Made by a program: the position numbers and the translations under genes
Shown here: positions 12,352 to 25,338 of the stretch, one piece after another
Layout: each line of letters opens with the position of its first letter
Position numbering within the stretch: position 1 is the first letter of the stretch
Origin: Eledone cirrhosa
Lineage: Eukaryota
NCBI GenBank assembly: GCA_964016885.1
Contig: OZ024742.1
Coordinates: forward strand, 252,092,001 to 252,156,000
Direction of reading: 5' to 3'
DNA: 64,000 bases
Notes under the pieces: model-generated
Seen by the model: only the letters and a program-made list of their open reading frames with translations
Told to the model about the DNA's origin: nothing
Database searches by the model: none

Positions 12352-15300
12352 TACAGAAAATTTAAAACCCAAGGAAGAAATATTTGATATGGCATTTTTT
12401 TTTTTTTATCTCAACTCTATTATAAATTCTTACTAAAAGAAGGGGGAAAAAAAAAAATCCCCCAAAATTATTACTGCAAGAAGAAAAAATTAATTTAATT
12501 TTCTTTATTGGTTACTTTTTCCACAAAACTACAATTTCAAATTGGGGGAATTTTTCCTACATTTCTATACATAATCATGTTTCAGACTCCACCCTTAATC
12601 AGTAAAACTTTTATCAGCGAAACACAAAAGAAAATGAAAAAAATAATTGAAAGAAGAAAAACAGCAATATTTTTTTTATATCAAGGCAAAAATCACAAAA
12701 AATTTATATTTTGGTCTCAAAGTACTTTCTAAAGTGAAATTTCATTACACTTAACTAAATCTGGAGGAAAAGGAATTTATATTTGGACACTTATACTTAC
12801 TAAAATACAAATTTTATAACTTGCTGTGTGTGAGTGCATGCATGTGATCATGTAGGGAGTGGGGATATCAATGATTTCTAATCCAGACAAGGCCAGCAAT
12901 TTTGGGAGAGGGGCAAGCCAAAGTTGACTGTGGCAGGATTTGAACTGAGAACATAAAGGGCCATAGCCAGATGCCTCAAATCACTTGGTCTGTCTGAAGT
13001 GTTAATAATTCTGCTAATTCACCACTCATGTAAGGGTGGCACATTAATATAATATAGTATTTAACTCTTGAATCAAAAGGTCAAAGAAAAATATTGTTCT
13101 TCAAAACAAATCTGTTTTTCTTTACTGTTGTTGTTGTTGTTTACCTTGTTGTTTACTGTTAGAGTAGGTAGACCAATAAGCAAAGACATTTATAGGTTTA
13201 CGACCAATATCTCTTATAGATCTATGTTAAAAAATATTCCAGCTGTGACTATCCTGTCTTTGTTCAGATAGTGCATCTAGGACCACATTATGCAATGTGT
13301 CCTTCTTATTAAGACAGTATAAGGTGATTTGAAAAACTTAATTAGTACTATTGACCTCTCAGATAGGCTGGAGGGGCTGCATCTCACTCACACAGCCCTG
13401 CACACTACTATCCCCCAACAACTTTACAATTCGTACTGGGTACATTTTAGCATGGCACCAACACTAGGGAAGTTCATGCTACTGACACAGCTGAAGAGTC
13501 CTCTTTAGCATGGTTTCTACAGCTGGTGCCCTTCCTATCACCAACCATTTTACAGAGCATATTTGGAATGTTTTATCATGGTAAAAACACTAGGAAGATT
13601 ACCAGACCTTGATTCAACTGAAGAGCCCTCTATAAATAACAATATGTGGGATGTGGAAGGAAGGGTAGCAAGTTTGATGTCATAAGTGTACTACAAGTGC
13701 AGCAATAATATTTTTTTGCATGCTACCTTGGAAAAACATGCCTAAGATTCACCACTCTTGCTAACAGGTAATTTAATAATGTTATCATATCATCAGCATT
13801 CATCAGCATCATCATTTAACACCTGTTTTCCTGGTTAGCAAGGGTTGGATGAGTCTTCATAAAGCAAGTCAGTATTCAAACAGAACTACTGACCTTTCAA
13901 ATAGGCCTACATCATGCTTAAATATGTTTCCATGCTCTATTAAGTGCATTTTATCATGGCATCAACACTAGGGAGATTGTAATGTCTTTGACACCATTGA
14001 AGAGTCCTCCTGAATTTTTGTTTGGCAGATTTTCTCTGGTTAGTTGATCTTCCTACCACCAACCACTTTACAGAGTGTACTGGGTGCATTTACCCTCTAG
14101 ATCACCAACACTAAAGCAGTTATGTCATTGACATACCTAAAGAGTCCTTCTGACCCATTGTTTGGCAGGTAAATAATTAATTAAAACCTCAACAGATTAA
14201 AATAGTGGCTCAATATCAAGGAAGTAGTCTATTCTGAGATATTTATATATGTAAGCAACCTGTGAGTTTTCTTTAATTTGATTTAGCCAACACAGGCAAG
14301 TCCATGCTGGAGCACTGTCTTCGGAGAGATTACACAAACATTATCATACAAACAAGAAAAATAAATTAAATTTATCAACCTCATTCCCACACCCTTTTTC
14401 TGCATGTTAATTCTGTGTAATATTGCATGCAAGACCTAATTCAAAACAGAATATTCTGATTAAAAAACGTAGCAATAGTAAATAAGGAAAAATATATTAT
14501 AGCAGGAAACAACCTATTTTTGTCTTTTTTGTGGAGGAACTTTAAATATATACACACACTCTCTTACATACTCACACATATACACATAATCCCTACACCC
14601 ACCCTCACATGCACTCACAAACATATATATACACATTCACATGCACTCATACACATGCATTCACACACACACATATATATATTTGTTATTTTAATGTATG
14701 CTTCATGATGCAAACCAATAAATAAATAATTCTATCAAAAGAAAAAACAAAAAAATACCAAAAAAAACAAAAACAAACAAGAAGTATGCTGTGTGTGTGC
14801 TAGTAGAGAGATTCACATATTTTGTAGCATAGAAATTTTGGAAAGGAAGTGAAATTATGTGGTATCTGAGATGTAGGAAGAATGGAGGTTGGATTTACTG
14901 CTAGAAAGACGAAAAACAGAAGAAAAAAAAAACCTTTAAAATATACAAGAACTACCTTGAAGACGTCATTTGATGCCTTCACTTGCCATTTTAAGAGAAA
15001 ACAACAACAACAAATCTGATAGAAAATAGATAATAAAAAAAAATATTCAAATAAATAAAGACACACAGTTTGTAGTAAATTCTATCAAATTGACATGAAG
15101 GTTTGGAAGTGAATGGTTGTGTGAGAAGGAAATGAAATTAACTCAAGTTTTAGAATGCTAACAGTAATATCGCAATGACAGGAAGAGACAGTTCTTAAAA
15201 TACTTCCTTAAAAGGGATAATAATATTAATATTAATAATAACAATAATAATAACAACAGCAACAACAACAACCACATATACTGATATCTACATCTTAAGA

Positions 15301-16589
15301 TTACAACGACGTGAATGATCGTGTAGGTAATAGTCATGATGAGAGAGATGATATTGATGACTACAACTAAATGTATGGCCGATTTCAAAACATTAATTCA
15401 TTTTTAGATATTACAAATGATATATTTCTTTTTAGAAAATAGATTTTTTTTTTAAAAGAGCCATATAATCTTTGGAGTTTGTTTCAATAAAATTAAAAGT
15501 TATAAATATTGGTGAAACTATTAAATTTTACTTGTTGGATGTCTCCAAAAATATATACCAGTTGTTATATTATCATATAAAGAGGGAGAATAGTTGTAGA
15601 GAAAGCTTGTTGTTATACACAATACAAAATATTAAAGGCTATCTTTATAGGATATCAACAGTCTGTATCCTCTCACTGATATTCATTATGTTTTCGAGGT
15701 TAACTTTGCCTTTCATCCTTACGGGGTCGATAAAATAAAGTACCAGTAATGTACTGGGATAATTGCTGGCCTTGTGCCAAAAGTAGAAACAATTATGTTT
15801 TCATGGCTATGGTAAACTGGCACCCAACAGTCCAGTTTCACATATACATTATTGTAAATATACATCAATGAGTGGTATTGTTCACCACAGCAGGGAGGAA
15901 GGCAGCTTTCAGTCATGGTCGGCTATGTTTTTGCACCTAGACAGTTCCTTTCCAAAGCACCAGCCTGAGCAAAGTTTTTGGAAGAAGGCCAACAATCGCC
16001 CATGCATGCCTATCTCCTCTCTCCATTCCATTGATATTGTCCAAGGGAAAAGCAAAGGCCAATACAGCTTGTCACTAATGACATCACAATGTATAAATAC
16101 ATTATATATACACACTATATATACTATATATACACTGTATGTGATGCTGTCCAAAGAAAAAGTAAAGTTCAATATTCACCAGTCATGTTACAATTCATTT
16201 TTCTCCAGCAGAGTGAACTGGAGCAGCATAAAATAGTGTATTGCTCAAAGACACAATGTGCCACTCGGTCTGAAAATCAAAATCACAATCTCATGAGTGT
16301 GAATCCAATGCTCTCACCACTAAACCACTGTAAATACCTGTAATACTGTTTAACTGATCTCCGTTTCATTGGATGTCTATAAGTTGGCTTTACCAGACAG
16401 CTTCGTTTTAGATATATATATTATAAGACAATCCTCATGTGATAGACCAATGGTCAAGCAAGCCACAGAAATCAAATACATGATTTTTCTTTCTTTTGTT
16501 TGTGAGATGAGGTTGGATAAAAGAAGCATAAGAGTACATTTTAAAATCAATTAGGAAATAATTTAAAACTTTGATAGTTAAACATATAC

Positions 16590-16850
16590 GGTTGTTGTTT
16601 GTCTTTTGGAGTGGAAGATGACGATGATTTCAATGATGGGTGGAGGATCTGGAGGTGACTGGTGGGGTCAACCTAGGCCCAGAAACCATGCCCACATTTG
16701 GGTAAGTGCTGCAGTGGATATGATTCATGCCTTGTGCACAAAGTGCTTCCTCTGAGCCTCTGCAATGCGTGTTTTCTGCTGCACATGCTGCCTTGAAGAT
16801 TTTACCTCACCAATTTGGGTGATCCAGGGCAAGTGATTTGTAGACTTTGC
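16590..16850 (-). mobile_element. RTE/BovB-like LINE 3' end
   Basis: Minus strand reads SLALDHPNW..IAEAQRKH..KCGHGF..SHL (C-terminal Cys/His motif), followed by a short 3' UTR and (CAA)n-like tail. Confidence 0.7.
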
Positions 16851-18978
16851 AACTAGCAAATAGTTTTAGTTAATCATTCAGAAAGTTGGTTAGTTATGAA
16901 CTTTTTGCTGCCATATTTCTAATGAAAAACAGTGCCAATGATTTTTGAACAATTTGAAACATATTCAAGTATTTGGAGGGATTTAGTAAAATAACTGGTG
17001 TTTGGAACCTATGTTAAATATTTTTACATAAAATTATGCAGGAAAGCTTTTAGATAAATATTAACATTCTAAAACAAACAGTTCTGAATCAGGAGTGGAT
17101 TTTGGCAGTTTGGTATAAAAAGGGTTAATGAAGTAGGGAAATTTTTTGCCAAAAAGTCTAAAAGTCTATGAAAGTTTGAAATGGCCTAGAAATGACAGAG
17201 AATACTTATTTTGATCAAAAATAGATTAAAAATCCCTTTTAGGTCTAAAAAGTCTAAAATTATAAAGTCAAAATAAGATCTAAAAAATGTTAAATATAAA
17301 ATACTGACTAGAATATTGATAATTCTCAAACCTTTGCTTTCAAAGAAAACATCTGAAGTTTTAGGGAAAGAGAACAAATTAAAAAAAAGAAGGAAAACAA
17401 AAGCAGTTGGTCAGACAATTCTCTAAGGAATTAAAAGAAATCAAAAGAAATGAAACTGGTGAAAACTAGAATCAGTGATGATAGTGTAACTAAATTCATC
17501 TCATGAATACTGTCACCAGTGAGTATATATATACACACACACACACACACACATATATGGTTAATATAATGGTGATGTTGAAGTGGAGAGAATAGAGGTC
17601 AGTTCTGCAGCCAGTCTCCAAGGGAAATAAAATGGGGATAGAAATCTAGTATAGGTTGAAAAGCACAACCTATATATGAATACATAAATAGGTATATATT
17701 TATGTGTGTTTGTACACACACACACACACACATAAATGTATGTATACACACATACACACATATATATTGTGAGTGTGAGAGACAGGAATGATGTGTCAAT
17801 TTGCCAACAATATAGAACAACGCAGATAGTGTGATGATATCTGCCACTGAAGGATTTAATAAAAAAAATCGAAAAGTTCACAATATTCAATTGAAGAAGC
17901 ATTTAAAAGTCTCATTGGTTTGAATTTTGCCAAGATCAGTGCCAAATAAAAAAAGTAGGATGACCTTGCTGAATGGAAAACTTGTCAATATCTCCCATGG
18001 ACTACAGTCTCTTGTTTAAGTGTCAACCTACATCAGCTAGCATTGAGTGTAGTTTTTCAGCGCTCGGGGGGTTTTTTTTTCTCCTGAGAATGTGAAATTT
18101 TATATTACAGCATTTTGTCATTTGATGTTGATTTTTTAAATGAATAATAAATATCTTGAGTTAAAATTCATATCTTTAGGTCTATATAAGATATAAACAA
18201 TTTTTATGTTCTAAAAATAATGTTTAAAAACTAAAGATTTTAAGGTTTAAAAAAAAAATGCAGTACGCCATAAAAACAAAAATAAACAAAAAAAAACAGA
18301 GAGACTGATTAAGCAGATTATCCAGAAATTGAAATGTAGAATCAGTAGAACATTAAATGAAACACTTTGTGGTATTTAGTTGCATCCTTTTAAACTTGTG
18401 TTCAGAATCTGGCTCAGGTCCACTTTGCCTTCCATACTTGCAAGGTTGATAAAATATGAACTCGTCAATAATATAATTAAGATGTGGTAGTGGGTCAATG
18501 TAATTGATAATACCCGAGAAAGCTGTGACTCCATCACATTCAGTCCAATGACTGGAACCAGTAAAAGAATAAATTACACATGAGAATGAGTAACTGGGTT
18601 TAATGCTTGTCTCCTAAAGGAAAAGGCCCTGCCAGCTTGATGTATAATGAAGAAATGTAGAATGGCAAAAAAAAAAAAAAAAAGAAGTTAGGAGTGAGAA
18701 GGTAAACCAGCATTTGTATAATGAACTTATTTCAATATATCATCTAAAGTATGGTTGAGAAAAAAATGATTTCTGGATCTGATGAATATAAACACTGCAA
18801 AAGTGAATAATTAATTCACTAGTGAATTAATGAATAAATACATTAATGTAGTCAACTGATTAATTGTTCCAATCATCCAACATCAAAATCAACATCATTC
18901 AATATCATGATTTAAATAAATTTAAAACTTTAATTATTTGTTAAATATATTTACATATATATATATATATATATATAT

Positions 18979-19170
18979 TGTCTCGGTGGTAGTTCCCCCA
19001 TCGCCCGCCACTTTGGTGCCCCTGGACATTCCGCACACCACCTCACAGTCTGTGGCCTACTCCAATGCCACGGAACACTCGCCACTCTCTTCAGGATCGA
19101 ACAACGAACCATCTTCACCCTACAGACCCACACTCCCCCCGGCCTGAACTCCCCACCCTTATTCCTTTAG
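18979..19170 (+). pseudogene. C-terminal part of a PLE GIY-YIG endonuclease (64 codons, open to TAG)
   Basis: Translation SPIARHFGAPGHSAHHLTVCGLLQCHGTLATLFRIEQRTIFTLQTHTPPGLNSPPLFL* fits the PLE endonuclease end (PVAxHFxxxGHS...E..xIFxLxTxxPxGLN). It is absent from the ORF track because it has no start codon. Confidence 0.85.
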
Positions 19171-20523
19171 CCTTCGACCGCCCCCCTCCCCCCACACATA
19201 TCCCCCACTAACACACCCTTCCTTTTCACCGCCCACCCCACAACTAACAATACTAACACCTCCACCCTTCCCCAACTACCATACTAACATTCCTCCCTTC
19301 TCCCCCTCCCCTTATCACACGCACACACCCACCGGTACATATATACATGCGCTCACACTAAACACACACCCTACTACCACCACTACCCCCCCCCCCCACC
19401 GCAACTAACATTACTAACACCCCCCGGCCCACGCACACGAACACACACACCCACTTACACGCAACTAACATCACTAACACCCCCCAACCTTACGCACACG
19501 AACACACACACCCTACCACCACTGACCCCCACCCACACCCGCATTCAACCCTTTCCCCACCTCCAGTATACTAACACCCACTTCACCACACACTCATCCA
19601 AACATGCACACACACACCAGTACACTACACTCCCTCCACCGGCCCCCACACCCTTCTCTCCCCCGCTCCACCCACACCCTTTCTCACACACACACACACA
19701 TCCCACTAACACCTCTACTAATACACCCCTCCGCCTCACTCCAACTTTCACACCTACCCATCCTCTCCCCTGTCCACCGCACGTCCGCACACACTGACAC
19801 ACTGACTTTCTTCACTTACCATTCTACCCGACTGCTGCTATGCCCTTATCTCTGACCACCTCCCGGCACACACAGACACACAACTCTCCTCCTGCCTTGA
19901 CCCTCTGACCACTTCCTGTTGCGCGCGCACCCCACATCTCTCCTCTTCCGACCAACCACGGATTACACATATTGAACATCGATCCCTAGAATCCACCACA
20001 TCCCAAGCATATTACCCAGCATTCCACCACATCCTCTACGGAACTACCTTAAGGACTCACCCACTGACATACACTCAAATACTTTTTTTTTCCCACATGC
20101 CACCTACATCCACAACACACATAAACACCACACACACACACGTGCGTACCACCACATATTTACACACTCAGCCTCCGGAATCCTCTCCCCCCCACCCCTC
20201 TGACCCCTCCCCATCCACACAAACACCGACCTACACCCCACCCCACACACACCTCTTCCTGAACATGCAACCCCGTTCTTCCCCCAACTCTTACTTTCAC
20301 ATACACCATCTTCAGCCCTCCCCGCTCGGACACCCCACCTCCCTCTCCCCACTCCACCTGCCACCACCCCTACACCCTTCCACCACCTGTTTTACTTCAT
20401 GTTTATTTTTATTTTTATTATGCTTTTATATTTAATTTCATTTGTACCGTTTCCTCTCACTCCCTTTTTTCTAAATGTCTCTCCACCACTCCCCTACACA
20501 CCCTTGGAACTCTCTTCCCACAC

Positions 20524-20591
20524 ACTTTTCACCTGAAGAAGGGCTTATGCCCGAAACGTCGTTCCCCACCCCACTCTCAAGAGCGTGAAAC
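20524..20591 (+). ncRNA. Minimal (type I, PLE-associated) hammerhead ribozyme
   Basis: CUGAAGA (20533-20539), stem II GGGC-UUAU-GCCC, GAAAC, palindromic ACGU helix III and GUC cleavage triplet (20558-20560). Possible helix I is UUUCAC with GUGAAA at ~20585-20590. Confidence 0.75.
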
Positions 20592-20642
20592 TAATAAACC
20601 TTTGTTCGTACTGCCTCTCTGTTTTGTTCCCGTTCAATTTTT

Positions 20643-20678
<36 letters not shown>

Positions 20679-21431
20679 ATCATCATCATCGTTTAACATC
20701 TATTTTCAACGCTAGCATGGGTTAGATGGGTTTGTCCCATTTAGTGGCAAGCTGGATCAGGTGACTATGTCTTGCTCATATAAGACTGTTTCTGGCTGGT
20801 TTTCTACGGCTGGATGCCCTTCCTAATGCCAACCACATTTACAGTGTGTGCTGGGTGCTTTTTGCTGTGTCTTTTTCATGGCCACTTTACAGTGTGGGCT
20901 GAGTGCTTTTTGTTGTGACACCTACACGACCATATATATATATATATTAATAAATTATTATGAAGACCAAAATCCGAAACTTTAATCCATACTAATTATA
21001 TATATATATATATGATATATATACATATTATATATATATATATATTATATATATATATAAAATCATCATTTACCGTCCAATTTCCCTGGTAGCAAGGGTT
21101 GGATGGGTTTTCACAGACCGAATTAGTACTGCATTTTATTGTGACATCAGAACTAGAGAGGTTGTTATGTCTAACACAACTGTGGGTCTTCTCAAACCTT
21201 TGTTTGGCAAGCTTTCTGTGATTGGATGCTTTCCTCATCACCAACCACTTTACAGTGTGCACTATGTGTGTTTATCATGTAGATCACCAACATTAGGGAG
21301 ACTGTTGTGCCCTTGAAACAACTGATGAGTCCTCCCAATATATATATATAAAAAGGTAAATAGAAATAACACAATCAGTACAGTATATGGAAGGAATATA
21401 TTAGGTTATTGCTTGAAATAGCAGGAAGAGG

Positions 21432-21468
21432 GTCTTAACATTTTAGACACTAGTCCTTCATCAGAAGA
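21432..21468 (-). ncRNA. Decayed hammerhead ribozyme motif (PLE-derived)
   Basis: Minus strand reads UCUU-CUGAUGA-AGGAC-UAGU-GUCU-AAAA-UGUU-AAGA. The sequence fits an ancestral CCGAAACGUU altered by CpG-type transitions, and helix I is UCUU/AAGA. Confidence 0.5.
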
Positions 21469-21599
21469 AAGAATGAGAAATTAGATAGATTGAAGGGACA
21501 GGCATGGTAGAAGTGGAAAAAAAGTTGTTAGATAAAAATAACAGGTCCATTCATGTTCACATCTCTTGGAAAACTGCTGGTGCTGGCATTTTATATATG

Positions 21600-21629
<30 letters not shown>

Positions 21630-21638
<9 letters not shown>

Positions 21639-22158
21639 AGTCGTTTGGAAGCCTCGACAAAGCAAATGGGTAAATCTCCGGGTAACAAGGTCCGGTGGTG
21701 GAGAGAGAGATATGTAAGTGGGTGTACAAGATGTGTGAGATGTGTAGAATGAAGGGAAGAGTAAAAGAATAAAAATAATAATAACAACACAAGAGAGACA
21801 ACTCGGAACGCGTCTTTCGCTGTCTGTTGATATTCAAATCAACAGACAGCGAAAGACGCGTTCCGAGTTGTCCGACAGACAACCTTTTCCCCCACCCCGG
21901 AAAAAACCCAGTTGATGGATGTGAATCCGAAATATATAGGGACTATTAAATCTCTCCCAAGGTAACTCTCTCTCTTGTGTTGTTATTATTATTTTTATTC
22001 TTTTACTCTTCCCTTCATTCTACACATCTCACACATCTTATACACACCACGCATCTCAACGTACACCCACTTACATATCTCTCTCTCCACCACCGGACCT
22101 TGTTACCCGGAGATTTACCCATTTGCATTGTCGAGGCTTCCAAACGACTTATAAATAT
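21630..22158. mobile_element. Fold-back element, probably a PLE pseudo-LTR with an inverted partial copy
   Basis: Arm 21630-21798 is the reverse complement of 21969-22158 (the right arm has an extra ~21 nt). The spacer holds a perfect 35-bp hairpin and a hammerhead-like motif. The left end abuts (TA)n. Confidence 0.75.
21907..21941 (+). ncRNA. Hammerhead-like motif with variant core
   Basis: CC-CAGUUGA-U-GGAU-GUGA-AUCC-GAAA-UAUA-UA-GGG. Stem II, GAAA, palindromic AUAUAU helix III and closing C/G pairs are present, but the CUGANGA box is mutated to CAGUUGA. Confidence 0.5.
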
Positions 22159-23214
22159 TTACTTATTGTTCCACAATGCTTCAAGCAAACTTCAATACTC
22201 TCATATATATATATATAAAAAATATTTCTTTGCTTTTAAAAGAAGATATTATCATCAATATTTTTATGCCCGCTTTTCTATGCTAGCTAGAATTGGATGA
22301 GATTCATTTATGGTATTTTTTGTATGGCTAAATCCATTTCCAGATACCAACCCATATTTTATTTAATAAAGTATGGAATATACCACTTATCTTCGTTGGC
22401 TGTTGTGCTGCAGAACATATTGTTTAAATGGGACATAAACAAATTACACTGCTTGCTTTAAACATTACTGATATGAAGATGCATGTGATAGACTGACATA
22501 CATACATTTACACACACAGAAACACATACACATGCAAAAATGGACATAAAAACGATGATGGTGGTGATGGTACACACCACACATTATTGACCATTCCAAC
22601 TCAAATGATTCTAATGATTTTGACCAAAGATTTTAATATTTCAGCACAAGATATTTTTTCCTAAGATTTATCTTAAAAGTTGTCATCCTATTGCAGATTT
22701 TAAGCCAACCAAATCAATCTTGTTGCTATTGTTATGTCTGGGATATAGTAAGCTGATAAGTTACAAAGTTATAAATCTACATTTTTAGAAGCTTTGTAAT
22801 TTTCTTCAGTTGAAGGCATTAGTTTGTTAAGCTGTTAGATGGATATAGATAAATGGACCTCCATCAATTTTGACAATGAGCATTCCAATTGTTCAGTCAA
22901 AGAAATGCTCTACTTATGAATTAACATGTAAATGGCTGAGTAATCCACAGATGCATACACCCTCAATGCAATTCTCATGGATATTCAGCATAGCACAGTG
23001 TGTGGCAAGGCAGGCTCTTTAAATTATAAGTACAGCCCATCTGACAGGTTTTTAAACAATTTCCATCTCCCCAATTTCACTCACTAAGTTTTTTGGTAAA
23101 AGACACTTGAAGAAGATGCTATGCAGTGGGACTGAACCTAGAACCTCCTCATGGTTGTGAAGTGAACTCCTTAACCATTTGGTTATGCATAGAATGATTT
23201 TAAGCTGTAAATAT

Positions 23215-24600
23215 TTACCTTATGTTGTTTTAGTTTTTAAGAACTCTGGAGGTGAGTCTGATTCTTCCACGTATCACCTTATCACTCTTCTGCCACTTTT
23301 TCACTAAGTATTTGAGGCTTTAATAAATTTTGAATCACCTTACTTCACTGAGTCTTGTTTCCAATAAACAACATGGCTTCCATTTCTCAATCAAATGCTG
23401 ATGTCTTAACAGTTATTGCTGAGAGAGATTGCAATGCTTTAGATAAATCTAGTGAAGTTAAGATATTTCTGAGGCTTTTGACAGTGTTTGGCATGGCAGT
23501 CATCTTCATAAGTTGAGGAGCTATGGTGTTTCTAGATGGATTGTTCAATAAAGTCTTTCTTATCAAATTATGAACTGAATATCATCATGAATGACCAATC
23601 TTGTAGGTCTTACCACATTAATGCAGGGGTCACTCAAGGCTCTATTCTGGGTCCTATACAGTTCTTATTTTTCATCAATGATCTTCCCAGTGACATATTT
23701 TCTCAGCTTGGTATCTCCCTAGTCTTGTCTTAACGGTAAGAGTGATATGTTTGATTAAGTTGAATTGGCAGCTGATATTGAATATGATCTTCGATCTATT
23801 GATGAGTGAAGTAAGAAATGGTTTGTTACCTTAATGCAACTGCTATCTTTTAATCCCCATATAAAACCACTTTTGCCTTCCATTAGTATAGTTTATCATA
23901 TCCTCTGAGGGAGTAGTTCTATTCACCTGCTTTGCCTGACATTTTCTAATGATTTGAGCTGGAATGATTATATCACATTGATTGCCAAGTTTTCTGTCTA
24001 GAAAGTTGTTCACTCTATTGTGCCAAAAACTTTTTCAAGCCTGAAAATATCTTGTCTTTATAACTCTACTATATATTATATTAAGTACTACCTTATATTA
24101 AGTACTGTTGCCACATCTGGTCTGGTGCATCTACCTTGCATCCTGAGAGTCTAGATAAGAATTGTCAACATTATTGGTCCTGACTTATGTCAGCTTCAAT
24201 CACTACCACACTCAAAATGTTGCTTCTCTTTGTCTTTTTTTATAAATATTTTCATGGGAACTGTTCTGATGAACTTTCTTCTTTATTGGCCCCTCTTCAT
24301 GAATTTAAAATGAGGACCAGTTTGGTGGCTAGGTATCATCCATTTACACAAAGTTCCTAAATGCAATTGTAAATTCTATTCTGATAATTTCTTCCCATGC
24401 ATATCTCACCTAAGAATTCTCTTTTGGATTCTTGCTTTCCTGACTACAACAATTTACAAAAATTCAAAAGCAGCATTCAATTGCCATTTTCTCTCTCTTT
24501 GAATTATGTTCTCTGTTTTGTCATCCCTTCTCAGAAACCCTTTGCATTTTATTGGCTTTAATTGCCTTACTTGGAGTAAGCAAGAAAAAAAAAAAAAAAA
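23215..24600 (+). mobile_element. Old CR1/Jockey-group LINE 3' half (RT) with poly(A) tail
   Basis: Peptides DISEAFDSVWH, GVTQGSILGPIQFLFFINDLP and YCCHIWSGA, with many stops and frameshifts. A17 run at 24584-24600. Confidence 0.85.
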
Positions 24601-25338
24601 GGTTGTTGAAATTCAATTTTAATGAAAAATATTCATTTGCCCAAACTAACCAACAAAACAGTCAGCCAAGCAGAAATACACATTGAAAACTATACATTTA
24701 ATCCTATATTTATTATCTTGATATAATGAAGAATCATTCCTTCTGTCTAAACATCCACTGTCTATTATAGTATTATTTCAGTATAGTATTATTATCTGGA
24801 ATAATATTTCTCTTCAAACATAGCTAATATTATTCAAACAATCAGCAGTCAAATGACAGATGCCACTTCGTATTTCAGAAAATTCTAACTGGCATCTACT
24901 ATAGAAGTTTCAAAGTCTTTTATGTTTTATCCTTCCACTGAACCTCCTGAGAACAAAAGTGGGTAGATGCCAAGTTAAGAATCAAAGTCCAGAATTACTG
25001 ACTCAGTCGAATGTTATTTAAATTCTACTACAGATTATCAGAAAGATAGATGAAATCAAACATACTATCATTTATCTTGTTTGTTTGTAACATTGCTGTT
25101 GTGTGTGTATATCTTGTCATAGAACAAAATCTAACAAGTCCAAAGTGTTTGAGTGGATATATCTTGATTCATTACTCCACCTGTAATACAGCCATTAATA
25201 GAAACATAATGATGTGTGTGTATGTGTAGTATTGTGTTGTGATAACCTCAAGAATGAAATTAACACCAGTGTTCAAAAATACCATTCTTCCTTTAATGTG
25301 ACTAGAAAAGCCTTAAATATACCAAGTAGCATACTACT

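Larger units (their letters stand above)
18979..20647 (+). mobile_element. 5'-truncated Penelope-like element (Neptune-type) inserted in (TA)n
   Basis: GIY-YIG C-terminus at 18979-19170, a long C/A-rich 3' region, hammerhead motif at 20533-20560, AATAAA at ~20593, and (TA)n on both sides. Confidence 0.85.

Noticed and set aside
19545-20435. Pro/His/Thr-rich and Gly/Val-rich ORFs
   Set aside because: They are artefacts of low-complexity C/A-skewed sequence in the PLE 3' region.
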